A stretch of DNA of 64,000 bases, taken from assembly GCA_963779615.1 (NCBI GenBank), contig CAVZZA010000005.1, forward strand, positions 672,001-736,000, read 5' to 3'. This document shows, piece after piece, positions 50,988-60,926 of the stretch. Position numbers and translations under genes: made by a program. Origin of the DNA: an uncultured Nitrososphaeraceae archaeon. GTDB lineage: Archaea > Thermoproteota > Nitrososphaeria > Nitrososphaerales > Nitrososphaeraceae. The stretch's first letter is position 1; every line of letters begins with the position of its first letter. The notes beneath the pieces were generated by a model, which was not told the origin of the DNA, did not search any database, and saw only the letters and a program-made list of their open reading frames with translations.

Positions 50988-52058
50988 TTGATTGATTCAT
51001 CAATCCATATAATGCAATTACCTAGACAGGTAATAATAGGGGATGGAATACTCAGCAATACAAGGGAATTTATTAAAGAAAATATTCTAAAGGATGAAAA
51101 ATTTGCACTGATAACTGGAGAAAATGTTAAAAAAAAAGTAGGCAGCATAATTGAAAAAAATTTCCTTGAAAATAATATACAATATCAATGGGTTTCAGCA
51201 GGTAGTGCGTCATTTCACAGTGTAAAGCAAATAGAAAATCAATTAAAAAATGATAAAATTGGCGTTATAATAGGAATTGGTGGTGGACGATGTATAGATA
51301 TAGGAAAAATGACAGCAAGTAATTTAAAAAAACCGTTTATAAGTATTCCAACCTCTGCTTCACATGATGGAATTTCAAGTCCATTTGTCTCTTTAAGGGG
51401 AAGCAATAAACCCTATTCTATTAGAGTAGAAACACCTATAGAAATAATAGCTGATTTAAACATAATAGCAAATGCGCCACGCAAATTAATATCTAGCGGG
51501 TGCGGGGATTTAATAGCAAAGATAACAGCCATTAAGGACTGGGAACTAGCAAGGGATAACACCAATGAATATTTCGGGGAGTATGCAGCTAATCTATCAT
51601 ATTTAAGTGCCAAAATGATATTAGACATTTCAAAAAATATCGCAGATAATCATATTGACATACAAGCAACAAGGACAATAGTAGAAGGATTGATAAGTTC
51701 GGGTGTAGCTGCAGGAATTGCAGGAAGTAGTAGACCATGTTCTGGCTCAGAGCATCTATTTAGCCATGCTTTGGAGTTTATTACAAATGGCAAATGTGCA
51801 CTCCATGGTGAAAGAGTAGGAATCGGGACAATAATAATGGCAAAACTACATAAATTAGATTGGAACGAAATAAAAAACGCACTAAAAATTTTAGGCGCAC
51901 CCACCACAGCTAAAGAAATTAAAGCGGACAAAGATGAATTAATTGAAGCGTTCTCCCTTGCACGAGAAATAAGACCAGAGAGATACACCATCCTTAACAA
52001 AATCAATCTCAACAAAAAACAAATTGAAAATTTGATCGAAGAAGTAGGAATTATTTAG
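50988..52058 (+). CDS. egsA: sn-glycerol-1-phosphate dehydrogenase
   Basis: GGGRCID, PTSASHDG, SRPCSGSEHLFSH, LHGE, RPERYTIL. Confidence 0.96.
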   Translation: MIDSSIHIMQLPRQVIIGDGILSNTREFIKENILKDEKFALITGENVKKKVGSIIEKNFLENNIQYQWVSAGSASFHSVKQIENQLKNDKIGVIIGIGGGRCIDIGKMTASNLKKPFISIPTSASHDGISSPFVSLRGSNKPYSIRVETPIEIIADLNIIANAPRKLISSGCGDLIAKITAIKDWELARDNTNEYFGEYAANLSYLSAKMILDISKNIADNHIDIQATRTIVEGLISSGVAAGIAGSSRPCSGSEHLFSHALEFITNGKCALHGERVGIGTIIMAKLHKLDWNEIKNALKILGAPTTAKEIKADKDELIEAFSLAREIRPERYTILNKINLNKKQIENLIEEVGII

Positions 52059-52181
52059 ACAATAAAAAGCGTTGAGCAATTAAGCATTTATCAGCTAAAT
52101 AGGTGATAGTTTAACAAGTATCAACAAGTATTTTGGACTGGTGTCATAAATTAAAAAATAAATGAACAAATAAAGAGTAGA

Positions 52182-53036
52182 TTATTTGCTGGTCTTTTTA
52201 GACTTGTTGTCAGCATTTAATGATGCATTGCTCCCATTATCATCATCATCATCATTTTGCTGTTTTCCTTGTGAAGAATCTTCCAGGTTAGAGGAATTGT
52301 TAATTTCAGGGGCAGCACCTTCAGTACCAGAATTTTCTGAAGTATTAACAGCACTAGAATTTGAATATTTTTCTACGAAAACGATGTTTTTAAATGCAGG
52401 AACAAATTTAAAGATATCACCAACAATTCCTCGTTTTATTATTTGAAGGCCATCTAAAAGAAAGATTTTTTCCGGGACACTAATTTCAAGTTCAGAATCT
52501 TTTATTTCATAATGCATATCGGCTTGATCAATAGGCAATCTACGCCTAACTAGATTTGTAATTTTTTCATCATCGCTTTCTATTTTTTTTACAATATTTG
52601 CATCATAGATCAAAGTTCTTCCTGCATACTTGTGATTAAAATCTACCTGAACACGACCTGATCCTATAAACCGTACAATTCCCATCCTTTCATCCAATTC
52701 TATTACATCACCAACCCCTACCTCATTAGCTTTTTCCCCCAATTTACGTAAAGGGATCATTCGCACTTTAGAAGGGTCTCGTTCCCCGAAGGCTTTATCA
52801 GGAGGAATTTCTATATTCAATGGTTCATCCATATTAGCGTTAAGCAACGCATCATCAAGTCCTTTCAATACCCAACCTTCGCCCACACCTAATAATCTAG
52901 GTTCATACTTTCTAGATGGATCAAAATTTTCAGAACTCTTTACATCATTTTCTCTCGTTGTTTCAAAAATTTCATTAGTATCTTTAATCTTAGCAGTATA
53001 ATCTAATAGGATAAGAGAACCTTTTTCTAACGTCAT
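52182..53036 (-). CDS. FKBP-type peptidyl-prolyl isomerase (long archaeal SlyD-like)
   Basis: LDYT, IFETT, IPPDKAFGERD, VDFNH; start placed at ATG 53036. Confidence 0.92.
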   Translation of the reverse strand: MTLEKGSLILLDYTAKIKDTNEIFETTRENDVKSSENFDPSRKYEPRLLGVGEGWVLKGLDDALLNANMDEPLNIEIPPDKAFGERDPSKVRMIPLRKLGEKANEVGVGDVIELDERMGIVRFIGSGRVQVDFNHKYAGRTLIYDANIVKKIESDDEKITNLVRRRLPIDQADMHYEIKDSELEISVPEKIFLLDGLQIIKRGIVGDIFKFVPAFKNIVFVEKYSNSSAVNTSENSGTEGAAPEINNSSNLEDSSQGKQQNDDDDDNGSNASLNADNKSKKTSK

Positions 53037-53116
53037 AAAAATCGCTATAAAGTTTCCATATATTAAGTTTGACAAGAAAATCTGCAATACCAATAAACAA
53101 AGTCATCCTGAATATT

Positions 53117-53780
53117 GGCTCTGTTCACTTAACGACAAATCTAGAGACTGAAGACGCTCTATCTCCTTCACAGGCAATAAAAGAAACAGAACACCTTCAG
53201 AGCATATTGGCCATGGATTGTATTTTTATTTTTCCGACTTGTCATTAAGAAGAACATTTGGAAGGTCATCACGCGATATCAAGAGAAATCATGTGTCCTC
53301 TGGAACTGGATACAAAATACACTCCTCAGAAAATATCAACAAAGAAAAAAATGGCTGATGAATTCATTATCGATGAAACCCTTGGTAAATTAGGCTCAGA
53401 ATTTATCTGGCTTTGGGTTGCAATAGAGGCCAAGAACAAGGAAATTATTGCAGAAGCATTTCAAAAGAGCAAAACATGTTTGTAGCAGGGCGATTTCTAT
53501 CGGCCATTGTGGAAAACATGGGGAGCACCCTGTTTCCACTGATTGAGGTATACGGTATCCACAAGCATGCAGGTTCCTGAAACTACAGCATCACATTCAT
53601 TCCCCTTACGAGAAAAGCGTCATCGAGAGGACTATGCAGCATATCAAGGATAGAACTGAAAGTTTTGATGACTACTTTTTCCATGCAGAAAAAGAATTGC
53701 AAAATAAAGCACGTAAATATTGGTTGAACCTATTTGAGGATTTTCATAATGGAATTAAAAACCGTTAAGTTAACAGAGCC
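53117..53780 (+). mobile_element. Decayed IS6-family element
   Basis: 18-bp TIRs GGCTCTGTT(C/A)ACTTAACG (17/18 match); 8-bp flanks TGAATATT/TGGATATT; transposase fragments IIDET..WLWVAIE and IERTMQHIKDRTE. Confidence 0.9.
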
Positions 53781-53999
53781 TGGATATTATACTTTATAGT
53801 TATTATCTGCAATATAATCAAAAACATTAGACAAAATTGTTTATAGTTTTATCATTTCTTATCAGTTTCTTTAGATACTTTGTTTAAACAACAATAAACA
53901 AAGTGATCAAGAAAAAAATCACCAGTGTTTATCTGCGAGTATATACATGTGGATGGGGCAGAAAAAACAGAGGGTAATACTAAAAAATTAAATAGGATT

Positions 54000-55133
54000 T
54001 TAAAATTTTTCCATGGCTTTATTTAGAGAGTCAGAAGGCACATTAATCCCCAATATCCTTAAGGCCGATTCGACAGAAGACAAAGTTCTTATCACATGAT
54101 ATTTGTTTACCTCCCCCATAGACCCTATTCTAAACACTTTACCTTTCAAATTCCCAAAACCACCGGCTACCAATACCTTGAATTCATTGGACAAAAGATC
54201 CCTGAATTTTTTATCTTCTATACCCGGTAAATAATTAACTGCAATTACGACATTGCTTCTTGCGTTGGGTTTGGCAAAAGGTGTCAGGCCCATTGAACCC
54301 AATCCAGTGTAAAAAGCATCAGCACATTGTTTATGCCTCTCAATACGCCTATCAACTCCTTCTTCGAATATCATATCAAGGGCCTCGTTATAAGCATAAC
54401 AAAGGGGCAATGCAGGGGTAAATGGAGTTTCAGAGTGTTCTTGGTAATACTTGAAATATCTTTTTAAATTAAAATACAATATAGGGGAAGAGTTATCTTG
54501 AATATATTTTTTAGCTTTTGGGCTTATAGATATTGGCGATACACCAGGAGGGGCAGCAATAGCTTTTTGAGATGCGGTGATACATATATCAATATTCCAT
54601 TTATCAGTAGGCAGATCATCACCTCCTAAGATAGAAACTGAATCAGCAATAAAAAAACAACCTTGCTTTGCACACAAATCACCAAGTTTATCCATATAAC
54701 GAATTGTTGTTCCAGTAGAAGTTTCATTGTAAACGGCATAAAGTGCTTTTATATCTTTGTGTTCATCGAATGCTTGTTCAAATTTTTCATATGGAGGATT
54801 TTCACCAAATTGCGATTCAATTCTTATTGATTGACCACCCCAGCTATCAATTAGATCTGCCAAGCGTGTACTAAACTCACCATTTACTGGAATTACAACC
54901 TTATCACCCTTTTTTATGAGATTAACAACGGAAGACTCTACAGCACCTGTTCCTGAACAAGATAATAACACAACATCACTTTCTGTTTGAAACAGTTTTT
55001 GAGTTTTCTCAATAATGGATTTATAAAGTGTCCTAAAATCATCACTCCTATGGTTTATGATTGGAGCCAACATTGCATTCATAACCCTATTTGGAACATT
55101 GGTTGGACCAGGCAACATTACTAAATAATCCAT
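54000..55133 (-). CDS. Class V PLP aminotransferase (serine-pyruvate/alanine-glyoxylate type)
   Basis: MLPGPT, NETSTG, DSVS, ASQK, PFTP, FRIGSMG. Confidence 0.93.
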   Translation of the reverse strand: MDYLVMLPGPTNVPNRVMNAMLAPIINHRSDDFRTLYKSIIEKTQKLFQTESDVVLLSCSGTGAVESSVVNLIKKGDKVVIPVNGEFSTRLADLIDSWGGQSIRIESQFGENPPYEKFEQAFDEHKDIKALYAVYNETSTGTTIRYMDKLGDLCAKQGCFFIADSVSILGGDDLPTDKWNIDICITASQKAIAAPPGVSPISISPKAKKYIQDNSSPILYFNLKRYFKYYQEHSETPFTPALPLCYAYNEALDMIFEEGVDRRIERHKQCADAFYTGLGSMGLTPFAKPNARSNVVIAVNYLPGIEDKKFRDLLSNEFKVLVAGGFGNLKGKVFRIGSMGEVNKYHVIRTLSSVESALRILGINVPSDSLNKAMEKF

Positions 55134-55219
55134 AGCACTTTCAAGTAAACAGCACTATCAGCCGTTATTTATAAGTAATTCAAAAACAATAATATTCACA
55201 ATTTAATAAAGAAAAAATA

Positions 55220-56338
55220 TTGCAAAATAAAAGGAGAATTAAATTATTTGAATTAATAAACAACAAAGAAAAAAAAAATGAATCCCAGAATAAGTTAATA
55301 ATCTTATTTAAACCCGAAAATATTTTCTATTTCACAAGTTTTTGGGGAGAAGGCATAACAATAATATCAGACAAATCACAAACAAAACTTTTGGTCCCGC
55401 GTTTAGAATATACAAGGGCAATCAATACCTCAAAAGAATGTGATGTAATACCATCTGAGAGAGGAATTGCAATAATTAATACACTGACTAATTTCATTCA
55501 AGACAAAGACATTGTTTATTCGGATATTAATGATTTTGACACCATAATAAAAATTCAGCAAAAAATAGGAAATAAAAATTTGGTTATTGATAACAATTTA
55601 TTGTATAAATTAAGAGAAATAAAAGATACTGAAGAAATTGACAACATAAAAAATGCATCAAAAATAATTGACAAGTTATTTGAAATTGCAGTAAAAGAAA
55701 TTAAAGAAGACGTAACCGAGGAACAAATTCAATCGATTTTAGTGTATGAAGCAATGAAATTAGGGGCAAGGTTTCCGTCATATCCATATACAACTAATCC
55801 ATTAATTATTGCTAGCGGACCCCAAGGCTCATTCCCACATGCAGAAACATCAAGTAAAAAAATGAAAGCAGGGGAATTAATAGTAATAGACATAACTCTA
55901 AGTTTTAATCACTATGTTTCTGACTCGACTAGGACTTTTGGGCTAGGAAACATTACAAGAGAAATGCAGGATGTTTATGCAACAGTAAAAACATCTCAAG
56001 AAAATGGTATTGAATACATTAGAAATACTTCTGACTTTTCAGATATAGATGCTTGTTGTAGAAAGATCATAATGAACAGTAAAAAGGGAGAACATTTCAC
56101 ACATTCTACAGGACATGGAATTGGTCTTGAGGTTCATGAACCTCCATGGATAAGACCTGCCTCCAATAGCAAGATTAAAGAAAATATGACGATTACAATA
56201 GAACCCGGAATATACATTGAAAATAGATTTGGGGCGAGGATAGAAGACAGTATTTGGATAACAGGGAAAAGAAGCAAAGAGGATGGATACAATTTTATAA
56301 ATTTTCACTCATTCAGTAAAGAATTGATGATTTTATAA
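55220..56338 (+). CDS. Xaa-Pro aminopeptidase (M24)
   Basis: PH, SDSTRT, HSTGHGIGLEVHE, TIEPGIY, RIED. Confidence 0.93.
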   Translation: MQNKRRIKLFELINNKEKKNESQNKLIILFKPENIFYFTSFWGEGITIISDKSQTKLLVPRLEYTRAINTSKECDVIPSERGIAIINTLTNFIQDKDIVYSDINDFDTIIKIQQKIGNKNLVIDNNLLYKLREIKDTEEIDNIKNASKIIDKLFEIAVKEIKEDVTEEQIQSILVYEAMKLGARFPSYPYTTNPLIIASGPQGSFPHAETSSKKMKAGELIVIDITLSFNHYVSDSTRTFGLGNITREMQDVYATVKTSQENGIEYIRNTSDFSDIDACCRKIIMNSKKGEHFTHSTGHGIGLEVHEPPWIRPASNSKIKENMTITIEPGIYIENRFGARIEDSIWITGKRSKEDGYNFINFHSFSKELMIL

Positions 56339-56410
56339 CAATCGTAAGGATGCAATAAAAGAAAATTCTCGTAACCTATAAAAAACTATATTACCTAAAT
56401 AATAAATAAA

Positions 56411-56495
56411 GAATGGGTAGTGGGGATGAGGTATTTTACGCTGCTCCAGTCTGAGTTTTCACAATGATGACCTCGCGACGAACTGACCCATATTC
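56411..56495 (+). ncRNA. Probable C/D-box methylation guide sRNA
   Basis: C-like GGGATGA 56423-29, D' CTGA 56451-54, C' ATGATGA 56464-70, D CTGA 56483-86, terminal stem ATGGGT/ACCCAT; GC-rich island in AT-rich intergenic DNA. Confidence 0.6.
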
Positions 56496-56557
56496 CTTGC
56501 ATTTAATTTGAATATGATATGAAATTATAAATACAATAATTCATTTATTAAAATTAC

Positions 56558-57442
56558 TTGATTGAAATAGATTATGATTACCCGTTATATAGACCTCCTT
56601 CTGAAGCGAATTCTTTAATTTTTCAGATAACTTTGGGCTGTTCATTTAACAAGTGTTCCTTCTGTAATATGTATCGTACAAAAGAATATTCTGAAAGACC
56701 GATCGAAGTAATTAAAGAAGAAATAGAGACAATGTCAAAAGCGCAACCAACCGCAACAAGAATTTTTTTAGCTGATGGAGATGCATTAAACGTCTCAACA
56801 AAAAATTTAATTGAAATACTAAAACACATTAAGAGTAGCTTTAGAAAACTAGAAAGGATCTCGGTTTATTCTATGCCAAAAAACCTCATACAAAAGACAG
56901 ATGAAGAATTGCGAGCTTTAAAAAAATCTGGTTTAGACATGGTATATCTAGGGATAGAAAGTGGCAATAACACCATATTAAAAAAAGTAACAAAAGGTGC
57001 ATCAAGAGAAATGATCATCAATAGTTGTAAAAAAGCAAAGGAACACGGATTTATTCTCTCTTGTATGATAATACTAGGTCTTGGTGGAAAAAAATACTCG
57101 GATTATCACGCTATCGATACCTCAAACGCAATTAATCAGATAGAGCCTAACTATCTGGGTGCATTAACACTATACATGGAGCCTGAAATAGAAAAAGAAT
57201 TTTATTCAAAGTTTAATGAACCTTTTCAACCATTAGAAGATTTAGAAATATTGAATGAAATGGAAAAATTAATTTCAAATATTGATGTCAAAGAAGAGGT
57301 CATTTTCAGAGCAAACCATGCCTCTAATGTTTACTCGGTAGGAGGAACCCTACCTCAAGAAAAGGAAAAAATAATAGAGAAAATCAAATATTTAAAAAAC
57401 CACCCTGAAATACTAAAACCAAAGGTTTTAAGGAGATTTTGA
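56558..57442 (+). CDS. Radical SAM protein of unknown function
   Basis: YRPPSE, GCSFNKCSFC, FLADGD, GIESG, FRANHASN. Confidence 0.9.
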   Translation: MIEIDYDYPLYRPPSEANSLIFQITLGCSFNKCSFCNMYRTKEYSERPIEVIKEEIETMSKAQPTATRIFLADGDALNVSTKNLIEILKHIKSSFRKLERISVYSMPKNLIQKTDEELRALKKSGLDMVYLGIESGNNTILKKVTKGASREMIINSCKKAKEHGFILSCMIILGLGGKKYSDYHAIDTSNAINQIEPNYLGALTLYMEPEIEKEFYSKFNEPFQPLEDLEILNEMEKLISNIDVKEEVIFRANHASNVYSVGGTLPQEKEKIIEKIKYLKNHPEILKPKVLRRF

Positions 57443-57518
57443 TTAATTTTTCAGATTTAGATAAAAAAACAATGCGTTATTATTTTAGCGAAAGGCGTAA
57501 ACTAAAAAATAAAAAAAT

Positions 57519-57848
57519 TTATTTATTTCCACCCATGCCTAACATTTTTAATAATTTATCCACAATACTTGTTTGGTTATCGCTTGTCTGGCCGGAAGCG
57601 TTTGTGCCAGCAGATGTTTGGTTATCGGTGCCCATAGTGCCAGCAGATGTTTGGTTATCGGTGCCCATAGTGCCAGCAGATGTTTGGTTATCGGTGCCCA
57701 TAGTGCCAGCAGATGTTTGGTTATCGGTGCCCATAGTGCCAGCAGATGTTTGGTTTTCTTGAGCACTGGAAGTGCCAATTCCCCCAATCATAACAGTCAT
57801 GATGCCTGCAAAAGCAAACATTGCTAATGCGTATTTATTAAAATTCAT
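57519..57848 (-). CDS. Small secreted protein with 11-aa tandem repeats (NQTSAGTMGTD)
   Basis: Signal peptide ending SSA, five NQTSAGT units, amphipathic C-terminal helix. Confidence 0.8.
   Translation of the reverse strand: MNFNKYALAMFAFAGIMTVMIGGIGTSSAQENQTSAGTMGTDNQTSAGTMGTDNQTSAGTMGTDNQTSAGTMGTDNQTSAGTNASGQTSDNQTSIVDKLLKMLGMGGNK
57604..57755 (-). repeat. Perfect 33-bp tandem repeat x4.6
   Basis: Units start at 57604, 57637, 57670, 57703 and 57736. Confidence 0.95.
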
Positions 57849-57995
57849 TAAAGTGTACTGGTACAAGGTTATTTTTAAGATTTACATATAAATTTTCTAT
57901 ATAAATTATTTTTATTCACATAAAAAATAACCTTCCTACTTAAAAAAAATGAAAAAAAAATACATTTTAGTTGAAATCATAATAAATAAAAATCC

Positions 57996-59069
57996 TTAAT
58001 GGGGCACAGCTGCCCCCGGCATAAAGAACTGGACAACTATACTCAGCACATATAAAGCCAATAGAAATACCCCTACCTTAAGTCCTATAGTTCGCCTAAA
58101 CAAAGGAACCAGGGCTATCAGGGTAATAGAGGTAGCTAAAATCATTTGAGATCCCAACATAGCGTTATTTTCAATGGTTGTAAAGAATCCCCCATGATAC
58201 ATTGCAGCAAATATTGCCACTCCAAGCAGCAATGAATTGTTTAAGACTTTTGACCCTAAGACGTTAGCTATAGCTATTGATGCCCCCGCGGCACCTTTTC
58301 TTGCCAAGATCATCATAGAGATTTTTTCGGGCATCTCACCGGCAATTGGACTGATAATCACAGCTAAAACAATTGTGGAGACCCCAATATCGACTGAAAA
58401 AGACTGCAAAGAGTCAATAAATGGACTAGCCCCAATTGCTATGCCTATAGTACCAATAACAAATGCTAAAATAGCTTTTGTCATTTGTGGTTTTGTAACT
58501 TCAACGTGATGTTGTGGAGAAGATTCAATTGAAGACAAAGTCTCAACAGCAGCAGCAGCCCTAACAGCATCTTTATCCTTATTTTCCCGTTTTATTTTAT
58601 TTTCTTTCTTCATCTCTGCAAAGGCAACAAAAATATAACCTACAAAGATCCCAATGAAAATAAAACCATCAACGTAATTATAGCCATCAATTAATAAAAT
58701 TGCACTCAATATGGCAGAACCCAATAGAAAAAGTTTATCTGATTTAAATGAACTTATATCTAACTGCTTTAATGGAGATTTGGAAAGCCTTGTGGTAGCT
58801 ATTAAAAGCATCAATGCCAACCCAAGCGTCATCATCAAAATGTTACTTCCAAGACCTGCACCAATAGCAACATCATAAAGGCCAGCAGCCGACGCATAGA
58901 TAACAATAGCAATTTCTGGCAGAGTAGTTGCGACGCTCAATAAGGTTCTTCCTACAAATTTTCCTCCAAATTTAAGAGAAAGATGTTCTGCTCCGTATGA
59001 TAATATCCAGCTCGCAAAGCTTAATTCCCCAAGCCAAAGTAGCATAGTCAAAAGATTTTCTGAATTCAA
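57996..59069 (-). CDS. Cation/Ca2+ exchanger (CaCA, YrbG-like)
   Basis: Alpha repeats ATTLPE...GSN and AGEMPE...GSK; ~10 TM helices. Confidence 0.9.
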   Translation of the reverse strand: MNSENLLTMLLWLGELSFASWILSYGAEHLSLKFGGKFVGRTLLSVATTLPEIAIVIYASAAGLYDVAIGAGLGSNILMMTLGLALMLLIATTRLSKSPLKQLDISSFKSDKLFLLGSAILSAILLIDGYNYVDGFIFIGIFVGYIFVAFAEMKKENKIKRENKDKDAVRAAAAVETLSSIESSPQHHVEVTKPQMTKAILAFVIGTIGIAIGASPFIDSLQSFSVDIGVSTIVLAVIISPIAGEMPEKISMMILARKGAAGASIAIANVLGSKVLNNSLLLGVAIFAAMYHGGFFTTIENNAMLGSQMILATSITLIALVPLFRRTIGLKVGVFLLALYVLSIVVQFFMPGAAVPH

Positions 59070-59109
59070 AAACTAGTTAGGCTTGGTTTCTTTCAAGATA
59101 TAAATTTAT

Positions 59110-60230
59110 AACTCCGCCATTTAGCATATGTTATCTAAAATCCATCTCTCAACAGATAGTTTCTCATATCAAGACTGAACCTTTTTGTTCTAAATACCTA
59201 GATGTCCTGTTTTTAAAATCTGCGAATGACGGATAGTAACTTAGCACAAGCAGGGCTCGTTGCTACATTCCACACATCCTCCATCACCATGAACTCTGGT
59301 GATGCAGTTGGAAGGTATACGGGTATCAGAGTATCATTGTTTTTCTCAAAACATTTTTTTACCTTCCTTGACCTGTGGTGTGGTGATCCATTGTCCAGAA
59401 ACAGATGGCATTTTGGAAATTTATTATGAATTGTCTTCAGGAACTCCTGGAACGTGTCTCCATTGAACCCGTCGTGTTTTCTGAACAGCTGCTTTCCTTC
59501 GACTCAAGGCTCCGAAAATGCATAATTGGATATTTATGAGAGCCTGTTACCCTCACTATGGGTCTCTTGCCTTTTTCAATCCAAACCCTTCTTACCAGAA
59601 AATCACAGAAGAAAAAGGATTCATCCAGAGACACTAGGGTAAAGAAGCCTTCTTTTTCCTCTTCTTTTTGTTGCTGCCGACTATCCAAAGGTATCTGGGT
59701 GGCCTTTTTTTGAAATCATCCTTCTCATCTTTGGTTGCTGTGTTGACATGTATCTTTCTTGGCGCCTTCTGCTTGAAGCCCCACCTGCGGAGATGGGTAT
59801 ATGTGGGTATAGTGATAGTTTATCCCACTTTTCTTTACGATTTACTCATCCACCTGTTTTGTGGTCCAGCCCTGGTTGTTTTCTTTTAGTTATTTCTTAA
59901 TCGGGCAACAGGCTTCTTCAGATAGCTCCGGGGGTCTGCCGCTTTTAATCCTGCACCTCAATCCCTCTGTGCCTTCATCATCATACCTTTTTATCCAGTC
60001 TGAGGCCCAAGGGTTGCTTCTGTTCATTTCCTTGGCAGCACGAAAGGTGAACATGCCCATCTTCTCTTGCCCTAATGATTAGCATTAGTCTTTCCTTCAC
60101 CTTTGAGTCTGTTTCCCTTTTTGTACAGATCAACCAATTTGGCTTTGTTGGTCAATGACATTGAGAACAGATAGGTAAGTGCGAAGTAGTAAATAGTTTT
60201 TTGTTCATCTCATAATTGCCATGGCAATTT
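59110..60230 (-). mobile_element. Decayed IS630-family element (boundaries approximate)
   Basis: Fragments SLDESFF..LVRRVWIEKGKRPIVRVTGSH and an N-terminal HTH-like part across several frames; TIRs not resolved. Confidence 0.8.
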
Positions 60231-60317
60231 GTTTAGAATACTTGTGCTAATTGGTATTTTTTCATCAAAGAAAATAAGAAAAAAATAACTGCAAGTTTTA
60301 TCAAATGAAGAGAATAG

Positions 60318-60908
60318 TTGGCCACATTACATTTTGCTAGCAGCAATGAAAATAAATTTTTAGAAATTGAGAGGCTTTTCGAAAAAGAAAAGGAAACAAA
60401 AAATGAAAAAAACATACAAATTCTCTTCTCGAAAATTATAATCAAAGAGATCCAATCCGATTCAATAATAGAAGTTGCAGAAGATAAAGCTAAAAAGGCA
60501 TTCAAAATTGTTAAAAAACCGCTCATTGTAGAGGATGATGGATTATTTATAGAAGATTTAAATGGGTTTCCAGGAATATATTCATCTTTTGTTTTTACCA
60601 CCATAGGAAATAAAGGAATATTAGATTTACTCAAGGATAATAAAAAAAGAAGAGCTAATTTTTTATCAATTTTCTCTTTTTGTGATGGAAAAACTATAAA
60701 AACATTTAGCGGTGAAACGGCAGGATACATAACTACAGAAATTTTTCCTGAAGGATGGGGTTTTGATCCTATTTTTCAACCAATAAACGAAAATCAAACC
60801 TACGGACAAATAAACACCATAAAGAAAAATGAAATATCACACAGATCAAAAGCATTCAAAAAATTCCTAAAGTGGTATGATATTAATTATCATAACAATG
60901 AAGAATAA
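60318..60908 (+). CDS. rdgB: Non-canonical purine NTP pyrophosphatase (RdgB/HAM1)
   Basis: SSNENK, EIQ, VEDDGL, GFPG, GFDPIF, KNEISHR. Confidence 0.95.
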   Translation: MATLHFASSNENKFLEIERLFEKEKETKNEKNIQILFSKIIIKEIQSDSIIEVAEDKAKKAFKIVKKPLIVEDDGLFIEDLNGFPGIYSSFVFTTIGNKGILDLLKDNKKRRANFLSIFSFCDGKTIKTFSGETAGYITTEIFPEGWGFDPIFQPINENQTYGQINTIKKNEISHRSKAFKKFLKWYDINYHNNEE

Positions 60909-60926
60909 GAATAAGAATAAACCAAA

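Noticed and set aside
56421-56476. Fluoride (crcB) riboswitch, from the GATGAGGT...TGATGACCTC resemblance
   Set aside because: P1 stem is poor, the downstream gene is not a typical fluoride-response gene, and two CTGA boxes fit a C/D sRNA better.
57604-57755. CRISPR array (33-bp repeats); also considered for 7920-7972
   Set aside because: Units are contiguous with no spacers, the 33-bp repeat is in-frame coding, and no cas genes are present.
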